Positions 1 to 10,844 of a stretch of 64,000 bases of DNA are shown here, piece by piece; the stretch's first letter is position 1, and every line of letters starts with the position of its first letter. A model generated the notes under the pieces. The model worked only from the letters and a program-made list of their open reading frames with translations. It searched no databases and was not told the DNA's origin. Location of the stretch: assembly GCA_019244185.1 (NCBI GenBank), contig JAFATB010000006.1, positions 160,001 through 224,000 on the forward strand, in the 5' to 3' direction. The translations under genes and the position numbers were made by a program. The stretch is from Acidobacteriota bacterium (GTDB lineage Bacteria; Acidobacteriota; Thermoanaerobaculia; Gp7-AA8).

Positions 1-128
1 CGCAATCGGGGTGGGTGGCGGCGGATCGCTCACCAACCCCTTCGCCCACGAACCCACCGACTCACGACCGTCGCAAGCGAGAACTAACAGACTCAGAAGA
101 ACGGCTACTTTGCGCATCGCATCCTCCG

Positions 129-479
129 TCAGCACGCGAGCGTACGCACGTCCGCGAGTTCCACGAACGCCGCCTGCTGTTCGAACAACACCGTTAAGAG
201 CGTCTGCAGCTTGAGCGCGAGCACCGGAGCGTCAGCCTGCGAGCACGAGACGAAGTACGACACCGTCTCATCGTTCACGACCGATCCGTCGGGCGCTTGC
301 CACGCGCCGAAGGCCAGACCCGCTCGCGTGAAACCACGCGCCGCTCGCACCAACCACGACTCCACCGCGCCGAAGTAGTCAGGAGGAAAGGAGACGCCAC
401 GCGGATCATGAGTCGGAAAGAGCACGTGCAAGCGAACACTCGCTTCGGGTACGGTTGCTGGAGACAGTTGCGGGTTCAT
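129..479 (-). CDS. hypothetical protein (small, globular-looking)
   Basis: ATG at 479 within the 129..593 ORF; protein-like composition (GFTRAGLAFGAW..DE). Confidence 0.5.
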   Translation of the reverse strand: MNPQLSPATVPEASVRLHVLFPTHDPRGVSFPPDYFGAVESWLVRAARGFTRAGLAFGAWQAPDGSVVNDETVSYFVSCSQADAPVLALKLQTLLTVLFEQQAAFVELADVRTLAC

Positions 480-864
480 GCAACCTCCCGAATCTGCCCG
501 CAGGCACTGCAGCGGGAGAGTGGGGCTGGAACCACCCACGACACCACGGCCTCGGTACCGGGCGAGAGTGGGATCGAGAGCCGAACCGGCCAAAACACCT
601 CACCGCCAAGCGGCACCCGCACATCCGGCGCCGGATCGCGCCGGATCGAGAGCCGCGACACATTACTTAGAACATCCATGTGTGACCTCCTACCCTCACC
701 GAGCAGAAGGCGTCTGCCCATGGCGTTAACGAGACTCGCGGCTGGCGCCAGAACTAACGTGGCGTGAGGCAGTTACGTGAAGAAGTGTGATCACACATAG
801 GCCCCATGCGTTTGCCGGGGAACGCTTGAACGTGAACGTTTTCTTGTCGTAGAGGTGCGGTTGA

Positions 865-1362
865 TCAGCGGTGCACAGAGAGCCCCGGAATCCTCAAAAG
901 TTGCTGTTCGATACGGATTTTCTGATCATCGGACACCAGACCTTCTAGGAATCGTTTCGCCGACCATTCGACCGGTCGGGTGGGGTGGCGAACAGTCCTA
1001 TCGGTGGGCGAGTAGGACCATGGCGTCGAGGTATCTTGTGCCCCAGTGGCGCTTGCCAGCGCCTCGGTGATGTCTTCGAGGTAGCTCGGAGCGTGGACAT
1101 ATCGCATCATGTACGTGAGAGCTGGGTAGTCGTAGGGTCCTAGGGTGGCGTCCGGGGGCGGAAAGGCAGTGAAGGAAACGCAGTAGCCGCTGGCTTCCGG
1201 TTGTAGTTCCAAGGAGAAGTACGACACCGGTAGCGTCCGCCCGCTCATGAGAAAACGCGGTCGGTTGTAGTACAACGCATTCGCGATCGTCCCATCAAAA
1301 CGAAGCGCCTCGTTCGGCGAGGCATCACAGGCTAGGTAGGTAGTTGCTCTGTCTGACTTCAC
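865..1362 (-). CDS. hypothetical protein
   Basis: 165-aa ORF with aromatic-rich, protein-like composition. Confidence 0.45.
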   Translation of the reverse strand: MKSDRATTYLACDASPNEALRFDGTIANALYYNRPRFLMSGRTLPVSYFSLELQPEASGYCVSFTAFPPPDATLGPYDYPALTYMMRYVHAPSYLEDITEALASATGAQDTSTPWSYSPTDRTVRHPTRPVEWSAKRFLEGLVSDDQKIRIEQQLLRIPGLSVHR

Positions 1363-1395
1363 GCCATGGTTAGTGCGGCGTGGTTTAAGTAACTT

Positions 1396-3738
1396 TTGCT
1401 GATGTCTCTTTCGATAGGTGAATTCCGTGCTTATGTTTATGTGTACTGGCGCATCGCGGGGGGCGATGCTAAAGACGCGTTTACGAAGACGCTGCGTAAG
1501 CTTTGCAGCGACGCTCGTCTAAAGATCGCACCCGGCTATCCCGATGGACGGCGGGGGTTGGGCTTCGCGGCAGCTGAGGGAGCACTGTGGATCACGCGGG
1601 CAAAGTTTCGCGAACTCGCCGGTCGTGCTACGGCCGATCATGCATTTGACGCCGGCCAGTTTGTTGAAGCACGCCTCCGAGACTTCGTGCGGCCGACTGG
1701 CGGGAAATACCAGCGTTGGCGTGAAGGAACACTCGATCCCCCGCACGATCCTGCCGATCTGATTTTTGCACATCACTTGTTTCCCGCTGGCGTACCGTTC
1801 CACGGCGCGCTCATGACCGGTGTGCATCAGGGCGTCATCTGGCTCGGCTTAACGCGCGACGAAGCTTGGCTGGCAGACGATGTCCGGACGCGCGCCGAGC
1901 GGCTGCGGCTACGCGTGTCTGCATTTCCTAGCGATCAACAACTGCCATGGGCCGATCGGGCGGATCTCGAACTAGCGTTCCGAAACATTCGAGACGACTC
2001 GCATCTGTTCGCGGTCTGGAACGATTTGCTGCGCGCGTGGCTGTGCCACTTTCATGGTGACGAACTCGAGGACGTCGAGGTGAAGCTGCGCGTCTACAGT
2101 CTCCGGATACGGATCTGCGGGAACGACATCTCGGGAACGTTTGCGTTTTGGCTCTTACCTGCTCTCGCCGGCGCCGATATTGAAGCATGGGTCGAATCGC
2201 GGTTCGCGCGGGTCGCTCGTCTTCTCGCGAACAATCGGGACGCGCCCGACTGGGTGGTGTTCTGCACCAATCACCGATATGCGGACGTCGAAGAGGGGGT
2301 TCTCCGCTCAGTCGCTCGATGTCCAATCTCTAGCGCGAGAATCCGAGTGTTTGACTCGGTCGCGGCAGCAAGTTTCCTTTCTAACGCAGCATGGGTCTGG
2401 AGTCGACAATTCGGTGATGGCCGGCTTCGGGTTGCACGCATTGCTGCCGATGATGAACTACGCAATGCGATCTTTGGGGACGATCCGCTGGCACGTGCAC
2501 TGCCAAAACATGAATCCGCCACTGAAGGAGAGGCGCACACGAGCACCTGGCGAGGCGCGAACATTTGTATCGTTGGGCGGCCAGGCATTGGCAAGTCGAC
2601 GACACTCTATCGCAAATTGCGCGAAGATCTGCCTGACGGCATCGCGATTTTCTTGGAAGATCAGCACTACGCGCACAATGAGATGCTTTTGGTTGGACAA
2701 CTCGCGGAGGACCTCACGAAGCGCGGCGACGTTGCACTCATCGTTGACGGTCTGCGCCCGACGGGGGTTTCCCACCTGCGAGCTCTCGAAGTCATCATGT
2801 ACGCCAAGGCTCGGCATCCTGAATGTTTCACTTGTATCATTACTATGCGCAGCGCGGACGAGTCTCGCCTTTCTGCGATTTACAACGATTTTCAATTCGC
2901 TAACCAAGAATTCAGGCGCCATGTGATTGTGGCAGAGCGCGGCCTGACGCAGGCTCTATTAACTTATTATGTGCCGCGCATGCTTCCGAGCGTCGATGCC
3001 GATCCGGACGCGCTTGAAGAATTCGCAAAGTCATCGCCTGGCATTAGGACGCCGGCCGGCATTGTTGCGCGCGTCATGGATGTTGCGGCCAGCATGACCA
3101 GCGGAGCACCGCACAGAGGTCACACGACGACTTATTGGCGAAAGAGCTGTGCGTATTGGCGGGCGCAGTGGCGCTACCTTCGGCGAGAAGAAGGACGTAG
3201 TCTCGACCGCCAGCTCATATGGATCGTTGTCGCTTTGCGTGAGGTCTGTGGGCCGACCATCCCCATGGACCTACTACGCGCGGTTGCTATTCACTATTGG
3301 AAGAGGCCTGATACTACATTGCGAAGAACACTGAATGTCTTGGCGTCAGAAGGGTGGGTCGATCACGATTCATTGCTCGACAAATTACACACTGATAATG
3401 ACGTCATCGGAACGGTGCGGTCCCTGGTCATCGATGGCGGTGTGGACGATCTTAGCTTCCAAGATCTATTCGATTGGCTCGTCATGACGGGTACCGGTAT
3501 CACGGTCCAGGCCCGCCTGCAGTTACTCAATTACTATGCCGATCGTGTTACGTCCGAAAGTATGTTCCGGCGACTTCAGGAGAAAGCCACAGCGAACACG
3601 CCATCTGAAATCGCGAATGTGATCGCGGCGCGGCTCGAATTACTGAAAGCCAGCCGGGAGAAGGCGCAACAAGAACACCGCGACATGATAGAAGAAATGA
3701 ACCAGCGATGGCTTGCGCACCTCAGAGCACGCGAGTGA
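1396..3738 (+). CDS. P-loop NTPase (STAND-like) multidomain protein, putative defence
   Basis: Walker A ICIVGRPGIGKST, Walker B-like LIVDG; possible winged helix near LRRTLNVLASEGWV; start uncertain. Confidence 0.65.
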   Translation: MLMSLSIGEFRAYVYVYWRIAGGDAKDAFTKTLRKLCSDARLKIAPGYPDGRRGLGFAAAEGALWITRAKFRELAGRATADHAFDAGQFVEARLRDFVRPTGGKYQRWREGTLDPPHDPADLIFAHHLFPAGVPFHGALMTGVHQGVIWLGLTRDEAWLADDVRTRAERLRLRVSAFPSDQQLPWADRADLELAFRNIRDDSHLFAVWNDLLRAWLCHFHGDELEDVEVKLRVYSLRIRICGNDISGTFAFWLLPALAGADIEAWVESRFARVARLLANNRDAPDWVVFCTNHRYADVEEGVLRSVARCPISSARIRVFDSVAAASFLSNAAWVWSRQFGDGRLRVARIAADDELRNAIFGDDPLARALPKHESATEGEAHTSTWRGANICIVGRPGIGKSTTLYRKLREDLPDGIAIFLEDQHYAHNEMLLVGQLAEDLTKRGDVALIVDGLRPTGVSHLRALEVIMYAKARHPECFTCIITMRSADESRLSAIYNDFQFANQEFRRHVIVAERGLTQALLTYYVPRMLPSVDADPDALEEFAKSSPGIRTPAGIVARVMDVAASMTSGAPHRGHTTTYWRKSCAYWRAQWRYLRREEGRSLDRQLIWIVVALREVCGPTIPMDLLRAVAIHYWKRPDTTLRRTLNVLASEGWVDHDSLLDKLHTDNDVIGTVRSLVIDGGVDDLSFQDLFDWLVMTGTGITVQARLQLLNYYADRVTSESMFRRLQEKATANTPSEIANVIAARLELLKASREKAQQEHRDMIEEMNQRWLAHLRARE

Positions 3739-3995
3739 CAGGGACCAAGAATTTCAGAGCCCTCCTGGCGGATTTGAACGGCTAACGGGTTTTTCGCATC
3801 AAGTGCTGGCACTTGCGGCGCATATAGAACTCGCGAACCGAGTCTCAACTGAAACGCGTTGCTGCGGCATTCAGCACTGTCACCTGCAGTTGCGACGCTC
3901 GGTCACCCCACTGGCGATGAGGCGTTGAAAGGAACGCGGCGCAATCCTAGGGATTGTGCACTTCGAGTTTGAACTCCCTTCGCTCAGCCTCACTG

Positions 3996-5309
3996 TTAAT
4001 GATGTAACGTTGCAAGGACCTTGAGGAACTGCTGCACTCCTTGCTCGCTGCCGAGTGTTGCGAGCAACGCAGCGTGCAACTTCTGCTCTCGGTCCGCGGC
4101 CGTCTGCATCCGACTGCCCTGCAGTTCGTCAGTCATGGCCCGGGCGAAAAGTTGTCGTTGCGACGAATCGAGCCGCGAAATCAGTACGTCCCACTCCTTC
4201 GTCGTTTCTGGCTCGCGTGCGAGGCGCGGGCGTCCGGCAGGGGCCGGGATACGCGCGGTCATCATGCTCGGCCGGCGGGACCTCCCCGTCTTCTGGAGGT
4301 GGAGTTCTCCGTGAATGATGGAGTGGTCTTGTGGACGGAGTAGTTTGAACGAGACGACGACGCCATGAGGTGTGGTAATGGCGCGCCATGCCGTCGCACC
4401 GGCAGGTCGGCTGTGCAACTCGGTTGTCGTCTCGTCAATGCCGACGAGTTTCTCGTCTTCGCTGGGGTTTTGAAAGAAGACGGACACAACGTTGTCGGGT
4501 AGGAGCAAGTGGTGGTCGTCTTGGCTGCAACCGCCTTCGTTGCCCCAATTCCGCGCGAAGAACTCCCAGACTTGTTCTCGCGCGTCGTCGCGGTCCAGGA
4601 TTGCGAGCAGATAGACAGGGTGCAGTTCTGCATGTGCCTGATGTTGATTGTCGATGCCATAGAGGGCCGTAATGATGGCAAGCTTGCCATCGACGATTTG
4701 ACGTGCGGATTCCCACGAGCCCGGATGCGCTTCGACGCGGGCGCGGAGGCCAGTCCACCATGGTGCCGTAAACGTATCGACTGTTTCTGCGGCATTGAAC
4801 TCAACGTCGATGCCAATGTCGCCGCTTGTTGATCGGTTGTGATTGCCGATCGTGACGCCGGACCGATCGGAGCGGACGAGCACCAGATCGTAATCGTCGT
4901 CACCCAGGCCGACACCGTTGTCATTGACTGAGATCGGGGTTTGCCAGTCGAGGAAGTACAGGTGACCGTAGTAAGTGACCGGGAACCAGTTAATATGTCC
5001 GTGCACCGTGCCTGTGGGATGTTCGGCTTGACAGGTCGCGTACATCACCGGCTGTAGTGCGCTCGGCTCGTCGACGGTAGGCGATTGCGAGGAGCAGTTG
5101 TTGAACAATCGTGCGTCGTCTTCGTTGTGAAATCCGTTACACAGCACCGCCGGATCAGGTAACGTCTGTCGATTCGCCTCCTGGGCACGCCAGTGCGGAT
5201 TAATGAGCAGGCCATTATTATCGATCAGTTCCGAGACGAGATCCATGGGCTGCTGCGCGCCAAGCGGCAGCGCGATAGCGATAAGCGCAATAGTCAGACG
5301 CCACATCAC
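3996..5309 (-). CDS. secreted hypothetical protein
   Basis: N-terminal signal peptide (WRLTIALIAIALPLGA); Cys/His-rich (HGHINW, HAELHPV); coupled to the upstream gene. Confidence 0.7.
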   Translation of the reverse strand: MMWRLTIALIAIALPLGAQQPMDLVSELIDNNGLLINPHWRAQEANRQTLPDPAVLCNGFHNEDDARLFNNCSSQSPTVDEPSALQPVMYATCQAEHPTGTVHGHINWFPVTYYGHLYFLDWQTPISVNDNGVGLGDDDYDLVLVRSDRSGVTIGNHNRSTSGDIGIDVEFNAAETVDTFTAPWWTGLRARVEAHPGSWESARQIVDGKLAIITALYGIDNQHQAHAELHPVYLLAILDRDDAREQVWEFFARNWGNEGGCSQDDHHLLLPDNVVSVFFQNPSEDEKLVGIDETTTELHSRPAGATAWRAITTPHGVVVSFKLLRPQDHSIIHGELHLQKTGRSRRPSMMTARIPAPAGRPRLAREPETTKEWDVLISRLDSSQRQLFARAMTDELQGSRMQTAADREQKLHAALLATLGSEQGVQQFLKVLATLHH

Positions 5310-5884
5310 GGACGAATCCTTGCGCTAATCGGCCGCCAAACGACGCCCGGCGTCCCCGGGTGCTGCGTAATTGTGATGACAACACGCGCCGCCCCCACGT
5401 CCTTGCACTGGTCATCGGTACCGTTGTCATGGTCCGCATACCCATTGTCACCGTAATCACCGTCGCTATCGACGTATCCCAAACGCAGGTACCACGTGGC
5501 GAAGTCAGTACCCTCCGGCGCCGATTTGACCGCGAGCGGCTTGTCATTGACGGCTTCAAGGTTCACTAAACCCGACGTGCCTCCGCCAGGCACACTTACC
5601 TGACCATGGTAAAGGCGATCCGAATTGGCACCTGACGGGTTGACGTACCGCTTCCATGTTTTACCGTGCCCGCCCGTCTGAACACAACCCTCTGCATGTA
5701 CGATGACTGTGTCTCCAGGACGGATAAGAATCTCCGGATAATCCGTGGCGGACTGTCGTACTTCCGGCTCTTCGATGCGCCATACGACAGTGTTGTCATT
5801 CAGGATGTTATGGCTAACGGTTTGCGCGGCAAAGAGGTGCGCTGCCGACATGAGTGCTATACCGATCCAAACGTTGCGCTTCAT
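5306..5884 (-). CDS. secreted beta-sandwich protein, PA-IL/LecA-like lectin domain possible
   Basis: Signal peptide; IRPGDTVIVHAEG and LRLGYVD..YGDNG motifs resemble LecA-like jelly-roll proteins. Confidence 0.55.
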   Translation of the reverse strand: MKRNVWIGIALMSAAHLFAAQTVSHNILNDNTVVWRIEEPEVRQSATDYPEILIRPGDTVIVHAEGCVQTGGHGKTWKRYVNPSGANSDRLYHGQVSVPGGGTSGLVNLEAVNDKPLAVKSAPEGTDFATWYLRLGYVDSDGDYGDNGYADHDNGTDDQCKDVGAARVVITITQHPGTPGVVWRPISARIRP

Positions 5885-6185
5885 GGCTCCTCCCCGAGTG
5901 TGCGCAGTCGGTACGGGCCTGGCGGACGCATTTTACCCAGAGCAGAGCGTTGCAGTCTCCCTCCTCCGCGGTGCTCGATATTGCGGGGTATCCCTCCTCC
6001 CGTGGGTTGCTCTCTTGCTGGCTGGTGCGCACCGGCACGATCACTGACCTGCCGCCACCGCGAAGATCGATCGCTTCGGAATGACGCTGCGAGCTGGCTC
6101 GCTGGCTGTCAGGTTCGTGTGTGGGATGCGCACGATGGAGAACGGCTGAAGAGAGCAACCACACGCTCTCTCGGAGGAACACCCC

Positions 6186-6392
6186 ATGAACGAGACAACA
6201 GAACAGACCACACCGACCGACCGCGACGCAGGCTACCTCGTCACGCCAGCGCGCAAGCACGCGCCCGAGGGCTACCGCCCACCCTACCAACTCGTGCCAG
6301 AAGCCTTCGACCACGAGCACCGGCTCGACTGCTACGTGACCGCTGACGAGCACGAGATCGTGTACTGCACGCTCTGCGGAACGGAGTGGTAA
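6186..6392 (+). CDS. small hypothetical protein with C-terminal CxxC
   Basis: GGAGG RBS upstream of ATG; YCTLCG motif. Confidence 0.5.
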   Translation: MNETTEQTTPTDRDAGYLVTPARKHAPEGYRPPYQLVPEAFDHEHRLDCYVTADEHEIVYCTLCGTEW

Positions 6393-6584
6393 CCATGACC
6401 GGCTACCACCACGATCTCCCGGTCCGCCTCACCACCGACCGCGAGGACGGCATCGACTGGCCGGTGTGGGTCTGCGCCTGCGGGTGCGGCGCCTGGGGCG
6501 CGCGCTGGTTCTCATGAGCACACGCTGTCAGCGTCAGCGTGGCTGCGGGAAAGATGTGCTGCGCGCGGTCTGTTCTGCACCGGC

Positions 6585-7835
6585 ATGACGGATTTGGTGC
6601 TGGACTGGGAGAGTGGCGCTGCCGCGCGGCACGCGCACCTCGGCATTCCGTTGGAGAACCTGTTTGCAGCACGAGATCTCGTGCGCGGCGCAATGGGCGC
6701 AGCATGGTTCGAAGAGCAGGAGCGGCGGCACGACCGTGTTGGCATTTCAGGTGAGCACGCGCTGTACCGCCAGCTCACTGCGCCGAACGATCTTGCGCTC
6801 GTGGAGATAGCAGAGCTTGCGCACTACCTCATGGCATTCGCGAATGATCCCGCGATCGCCGAGGTGATCAAGGATTTGCGTAGCGACAAGTTCTGGGCGG
6901 TCTTCTACGAACTCGCGATGGCGTACCGCTGGCAGGACGCAGGAGCAACGGTCACCCTCGCGCCGGCCACGGCGAAAGGGATCGCGGACTTCAAGGCAGT
7001 GATCGATTGGCAGGAATTCATCGTCGAAGTGAGTAAGTTCGAGGACGACTTCGTCGGAAGCTTTCGCTTCGATATCCCGATCAAGATCGTCGAGGCCGTG
7101 GAGAAAGCGCTACTCGATGTACAGCCGTTCGTCTGCAAGATCTACTTGCACGAAGAGCTGGCGCCGGGGAAGGAGACGCCGCTGCGTGCGGCGGCGAAGG
7201 AGGCGTGCCACGCGTTTCGGCAAGCGCGCCGCGCAGGTCAAGACAGCGCAAGCGTGACCAGCGACTTCTGCACCGTGACCTTGGAGCGCTTGACCAATTC
7301 GTCCGAGACGAACCCATTCCGGCTCGACGAGTTCGGCCGTCAGGTGAGCGTACGAGAGCACGAGTGGAACGCGTACATCGGTTCGCCGGATGATCACGCG
7401 CGGTTTTTCTTTCAGGTGCAGCCCGAGGAGCGTTCCTTTCACGATGAGTTGCTCGCGAAGGTCACGAAAGAAGTGAAGCAGCTCGCGCGCACGGAAACAC
7501 CGACCGTCGTGATGATCGACGTCTCGGCCTTCGGTGATTTCTACTCGCTTCCCTTGGCGAGCATGCAGGACGCCCTCACGGACGTGTTGCGGCAACATCA
7601 GCGCGTCGCGAGCCTGTGGTTCTTCTCGCGTCAGTGGACGACTGCATTCCGGTACAAGTACTGGTGGACGCACCTGGAAAGCCCCTTCGCAAAAGCGCTC
7701 GTTCCGTGCGAGTTTCTTGAGCGCTTGATCGACCGTGAATGGCGATGGGATTTTCTCGGTGGGCGCGAGTACGAGTTCAGCACGCCGGAGACGGACAGCC
7801 GACGGTATGCCGAGCACATGGCGATCCGGCGCTGA
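6585..7835 (+). CDS. hypothetical protein, possible PD-(D/E)XK nuclease fold
   Basis: 416 aa; FYEL..A...ADF..(x8)..IVEVSK pattern. Confidence 0.55.
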   Translation: MTDLVLDWESGAAARHAHLGIPLENLFAARDLVRGAMGAAWFEEQERRHDRVGISGEHALYRQLTAPNDLALVEIAELAHYLMAFANDPAIAEVIKDLRSDKFWAVFYELAMAYRWQDAGATVTLAPATAKGIADFKAVIDWQEFIVEVSKFEDDFVGSFRFDIPIKIVEAVEKALLDVQPFVCKIYLHEELAPGKETPLRAAAKEACHAFRQARRAGQDSASVTSDFCTVTLERLTNSSETNPFRLDEFGRQVSVREHEWNAYIGSPDDHARFFFQVQPEERSFHDELLAKVTKEVKQLARTETPTVVMIDVSAFGDFYSLPLASMQDALTDVLRQHQRVASLWFFSRQWTTAFRYKYWWTHLESPFAKALVPCEFLERLIDREWRWDFLGGREYEFSTPETDSRRYAEHMAIRR

Positions 7836-7908
7836 GGCAGACGCAAACGGTTCTACGATTCTGATCGAAAGCGACAAGAATATAAATAGTAGTCACTTCC
7901 TAGTAACG

Positions 7909-8337
7909 ATGGGAAGCAAGGACTCGGGAGCGCAATTCGCCTTAGAGACAAGAGTGGATTTCTATCATCAGATTAAGGGGCTCGTGGCAAAAGGTACGCC
8001 TGACGATATTGAAAAGAAGCGTCTCGTAGGTACCCGAATGTGCTTTTATCTTTTCAACCAAAGTCTTGCATTGCAACTCCTTGAAGATGATATGCCTGCG
8101 CCGGAAGGCAGTGCACTCAGAGCATTGTTCATTGCGGATGGTTACGAAGCATCTGCATTAAAGGGCGACATACGAGACTATTTTGCTGATGCCAGCACTG
8201 CGCGCGCAAGAGAAGTGTTGGTTAATCAGTTCTATTCAGATGTCGTCGAAATCGTTGACAGGGCACTGCTCCGGTATGAGCAAATGACTCAACTAATAAC
8301 GAGTGCGCCCGCAACGTCGTTGCGCAATCAGCAGTGA
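7909..8337 (+). CDS. hypothetical protein (lower GC)
   Basis: ATG 7909 in the 7735..8337 ORF; AT-richer than flanks. Confidence 0.5.
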   Translation: MGSKDSGAQFALETRVDFYHQIKGLVAKGTPDDIEKKRLVGTRMCFYLFNQSLALQLLEDDMPAPEGSALRALFIADGYEASALKGDIRDYFADASTARAREVLVNQFYSDVVEIVDRALLRYEQMTQLITSAPATSLRNQQ

Positions 8338-8481
8338 TGCCCTATCCATCTCCGTATTAGCCGACGGCCTTCGCGATGTAACTCCTCTCGCGCCTTTCGA
8401 TTCTTACCCACAGAAACTAGGCTTTCTTCACAGGGCGTCGGAGCCGAAACGTTTTAATACGACGACCGGTGCCAGCGTTGC

Positions 8482-8928
8482 GTGGATGCCAACTCTCTCA
8501 AGCCTGATGCGCTGCTCCTCATCGGTCTGGTGCTCGCGTGGGTTGCGGCGCTCTTACTCTTCACGCCGGTGTACGAGGTACTGACTACGGCGCCGACGGA
8601 TATCGTGAAGATTGGGGTCGTGACGTTGGCAGATCTTAAGGAGTACTGCGCGTCATCGCTGGGCAGCGTGAGTCGGCTCGTGGATCAGGAGGCGCGTCGG
8701 GCATGCTCGTTCATACGCATCATCGTCGTCTTCTCGTACCTGGCGCTCGTTGTGGGTATCGGCATGCTCGTGACCGGAGCGATCATGAAGCAGCGCTGGG
8801 GATCGGAGACCATGTGGTACCTTGCCTTCGCGATCATCGCGCTGCTCATCTTCGTGCTGTTCGCGTCGTACCACATCGTCGCGGTACCGATTCCGGGCGG
8901 CACGACCTATCAGGGACAGTTCTTCTGA
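8482..8928 (+). CDS. membrane protein (about 3 TM helices)
   Basis: Three hydrophobic stretches. Confidence 0.6.
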   Translation: MDANSLKPDALLLIGLVLAWVAALLLFTPVYEVLTTAPTDIVKIGVVTLADLKEYCASSLGSVSRLVDQEARRACSFIRIIVVFSYLALVVGIGMLVTGAIMKQRWGSETMWYLAFAIIALLIFVLFASYHIVAVPIPGGTTYQGQFF

Positions 8929-9033
8929 GTGCGAGGGCTTAACGAAACGCTGCACAGTCGACGACGTCTGCGCGTTGCGTCGATCGGCGCGTTCCCGATG
9001 ATGATGCCGGTGTCCGTGACTGCTGGCAACGGA

Positions 9034-9321
9034 TCACGGAGCGGGTCGTCCGGTGGCGCTCGTCGCGTTCCAGTCTTCCTCGTCGCACTCCCAGCACCAG
9101 TGCGCGTGCTCGTCGTGCAGGACTTGCTTGCCGTGTGCAGAGCACGTGATGGCGGAGAAGAGCGGCTTGCCATCGGGGTACGGTTCGTTGCACTCCTTGC
9201 AGTGCCAGCATTTCGTGAGCTTGGACTGCCGGAAGCGGCTGCTGCCGCATGCGATGCACTCACTGATCATTCGCGACTCGCGCTTCCAGGTGCGTTCGTG
9301 GCCGGCGATCGTGACGATCAT
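9034..9321 (-). CDS. small Cys-rich zinc-finger-like protein
   Basis: CIAC, CWHCKEC, CSAH and CWEC motifs. Confidence 0.45.
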   Translation of the reverse strand: MIVTIAGHERTWKRESRMISECIACGSSRFRQSKLTKCWHCKECNEPYPDGKPLFSAITCSAHGKQVLHDEHAHWCWECDEEDWNATSATGRPAP

Positions 9322-9539
9322 GACTGTCTTGCTGATGGAGCGTTTAAGAACCTTTTCCCGGACGCCCCCAAGGCAGGGAGTGCAGAGCAGCAGGACGGCA
9401 GGAGAATAGGGTCACCCCATCTTGGATGACTGCACCTGACACCTCCCGGTGCTGTACGGTGCAGCGGGCTTTAAGAAGATTCCGGCTGCGCGCTTCGCCA
9501 GGAGGTTTCTTGGTGACGAAAGGTTTGCGACGAGGCGCT

Positions 9540-10844
9540 TTAGAGATCATCCGCGCCGGTCCTGGTTGCGACCGCTTCGATCGTCAAGGAGAACAGGTCG
9601 GGGAGGCCGGCGGGCGATGCCGAGCGGAGGTCGATAACGTTCCTGCCCTGCTGGAGGTCAAGCTCGAAGCCCGGCGCTTTTTCCGCGATGACGGGGCTGG
9701 CGGTTGTGGGGAATGCGAGTTGGGTCTTACTCTTGCCGAAAATATCCTCGCCATTGTTGTGGGGTACGTCGGGCGCCGTGAAGACGTTGACGGGGCGGTC
9801 GGTGATGGCAGCGTAGCGTATCGTGATGCGGTACCGTCCCTGGTGTGGCGCGACGACGACGTAGCCGGCGTGTGACGCGGTGCTGACGGGGTCCGAGGTG
9901 ATGGCGCCGTTCGGCTTGTCCATGATGTAGGCGGTGTAGCGTCCGTCCAGCCATCCGTTGGAGTTCTGGTCCGGTACTCCGTGGGCCGTGATCACCGTCC
10001 TCCACGGTCGCGGTTGCGGGGCAGGTACTGGCTGGGGTGTTGTGGGCGGTTGTCTCGTGCTTGTCGTCGTGGTGAGTGTGGTGTCCGTCGTGTCCGTGCC
10101 TGGTTTGGTGATTGGCGATTCGGGCTTTGATGCTGGCAGGTTCGTGAGGATGAGCAGGACGATGATGAAGAGTGCTGCTGGTCCGCCGAGTTCGATGGTG
10201 AGGCCGTAGAGTTTGCCGCTCGCCTTTGCGACCGCGCGGAAGAGGCCGAAGAGCAGGATTGCGGGGACGAGGCTGATGATGAGGTAGAAGACGGCTGTTG
10301 CCGGTCCGGTGAGTTGGGCGATTTCTTGTCGTTGCCAGATGATGAGTCCTGCGGTGCCGAGGAGGACGGCGAGGAAGATGATGATCGCGGGCAGCGACGG
10401 TGCTGGTTCTGGTGTTATCGGTGGTGGTTGCGTCGCAGGTTGCGCTGTCGGGACACGTGGCGTTGTGTTCTCGGATGGCTGTTCGGTTGGGGGTTGGTAG
10501 AAGTCGAGTCGTGCGGTGAGGCTGCGGAGTTGTGTGATGCATTGGCGGATGTCGGTATCGAGATCACGGCGTTGCTCTTCTTCCGGTGGGTTGGTGTAGA
10601 AGACGCTGCGGACGGTTTCGTTGTCGAATTCGTCGGCGGGTGTTGGTTGGTTGAAGAGTGAGCGGAGGAGTTCGATCGTGTGGCGGCGTTGGATGTCGAG
10701 GTCGTCTTGGAGTTCTGGTATGGGGCGCGCGCGGACGGTGCTGCGGAGTTGTTCGTAGTCGCGGATTGCGTCGGCGATTTTTCGCGCGGCGTTCTCGCGT
10801 GTTGTGCGGAGGTGAGGCAGCGGCGCTGGGCCGTTGGTTGACAT
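9540..10844 (-). CDS. membrane protein: helical N-domain, 3 TM, Pro/Thr linker, C-terminal CBM-like beta-sandwich
   Basis: GGAGG RBS; TM segments; GRYRITIRYA...LDLQQGRNVIDL resembles CBM6/35 modules. Confidence 0.65.
   Translation of the reverse strand: MSTNGPAPLPHLRTTRENAARKIADAIRDYEQLRSTVRARPIPELQDDLDIQRRHTIELLRSLFNQPTPADEFDNETVRSVFYTNPPEEEQRRDLDTDIRQCITQLRSLTARLDFYQPPTEQPSENTTPRVPTAQPATQPPPITPEPAPSLPAIIIFLAVLLGTAGLIIWQRQEIAQLTGPATAVFYLIISLVPAILLFGLFRAVAKASGKLYGLTIELGGPAALFIIVLLILTNLPASKPESPITKPGTDTTDTTLTTTTSTRQPPTTPQPVPAPQPRPWRTVITAHGVPDQNSNGWLDGRYTAYIMDKPNGAITSDPVSTASHAGYVVVAPHQGRYRITIRYAAITDRPVNVFTAPDVPHNNGEDIFGKSKTQLAFPTTASPVIAEKAPGFELDLQQGRNVIDLRSASPAGLPDLFSLTIEAVATRTGADDL

Noticed and set aside
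785-796. Palindrome GTGTGATCACAC
   Set aside because: Single 12-bp site with no supporting context; could be chance
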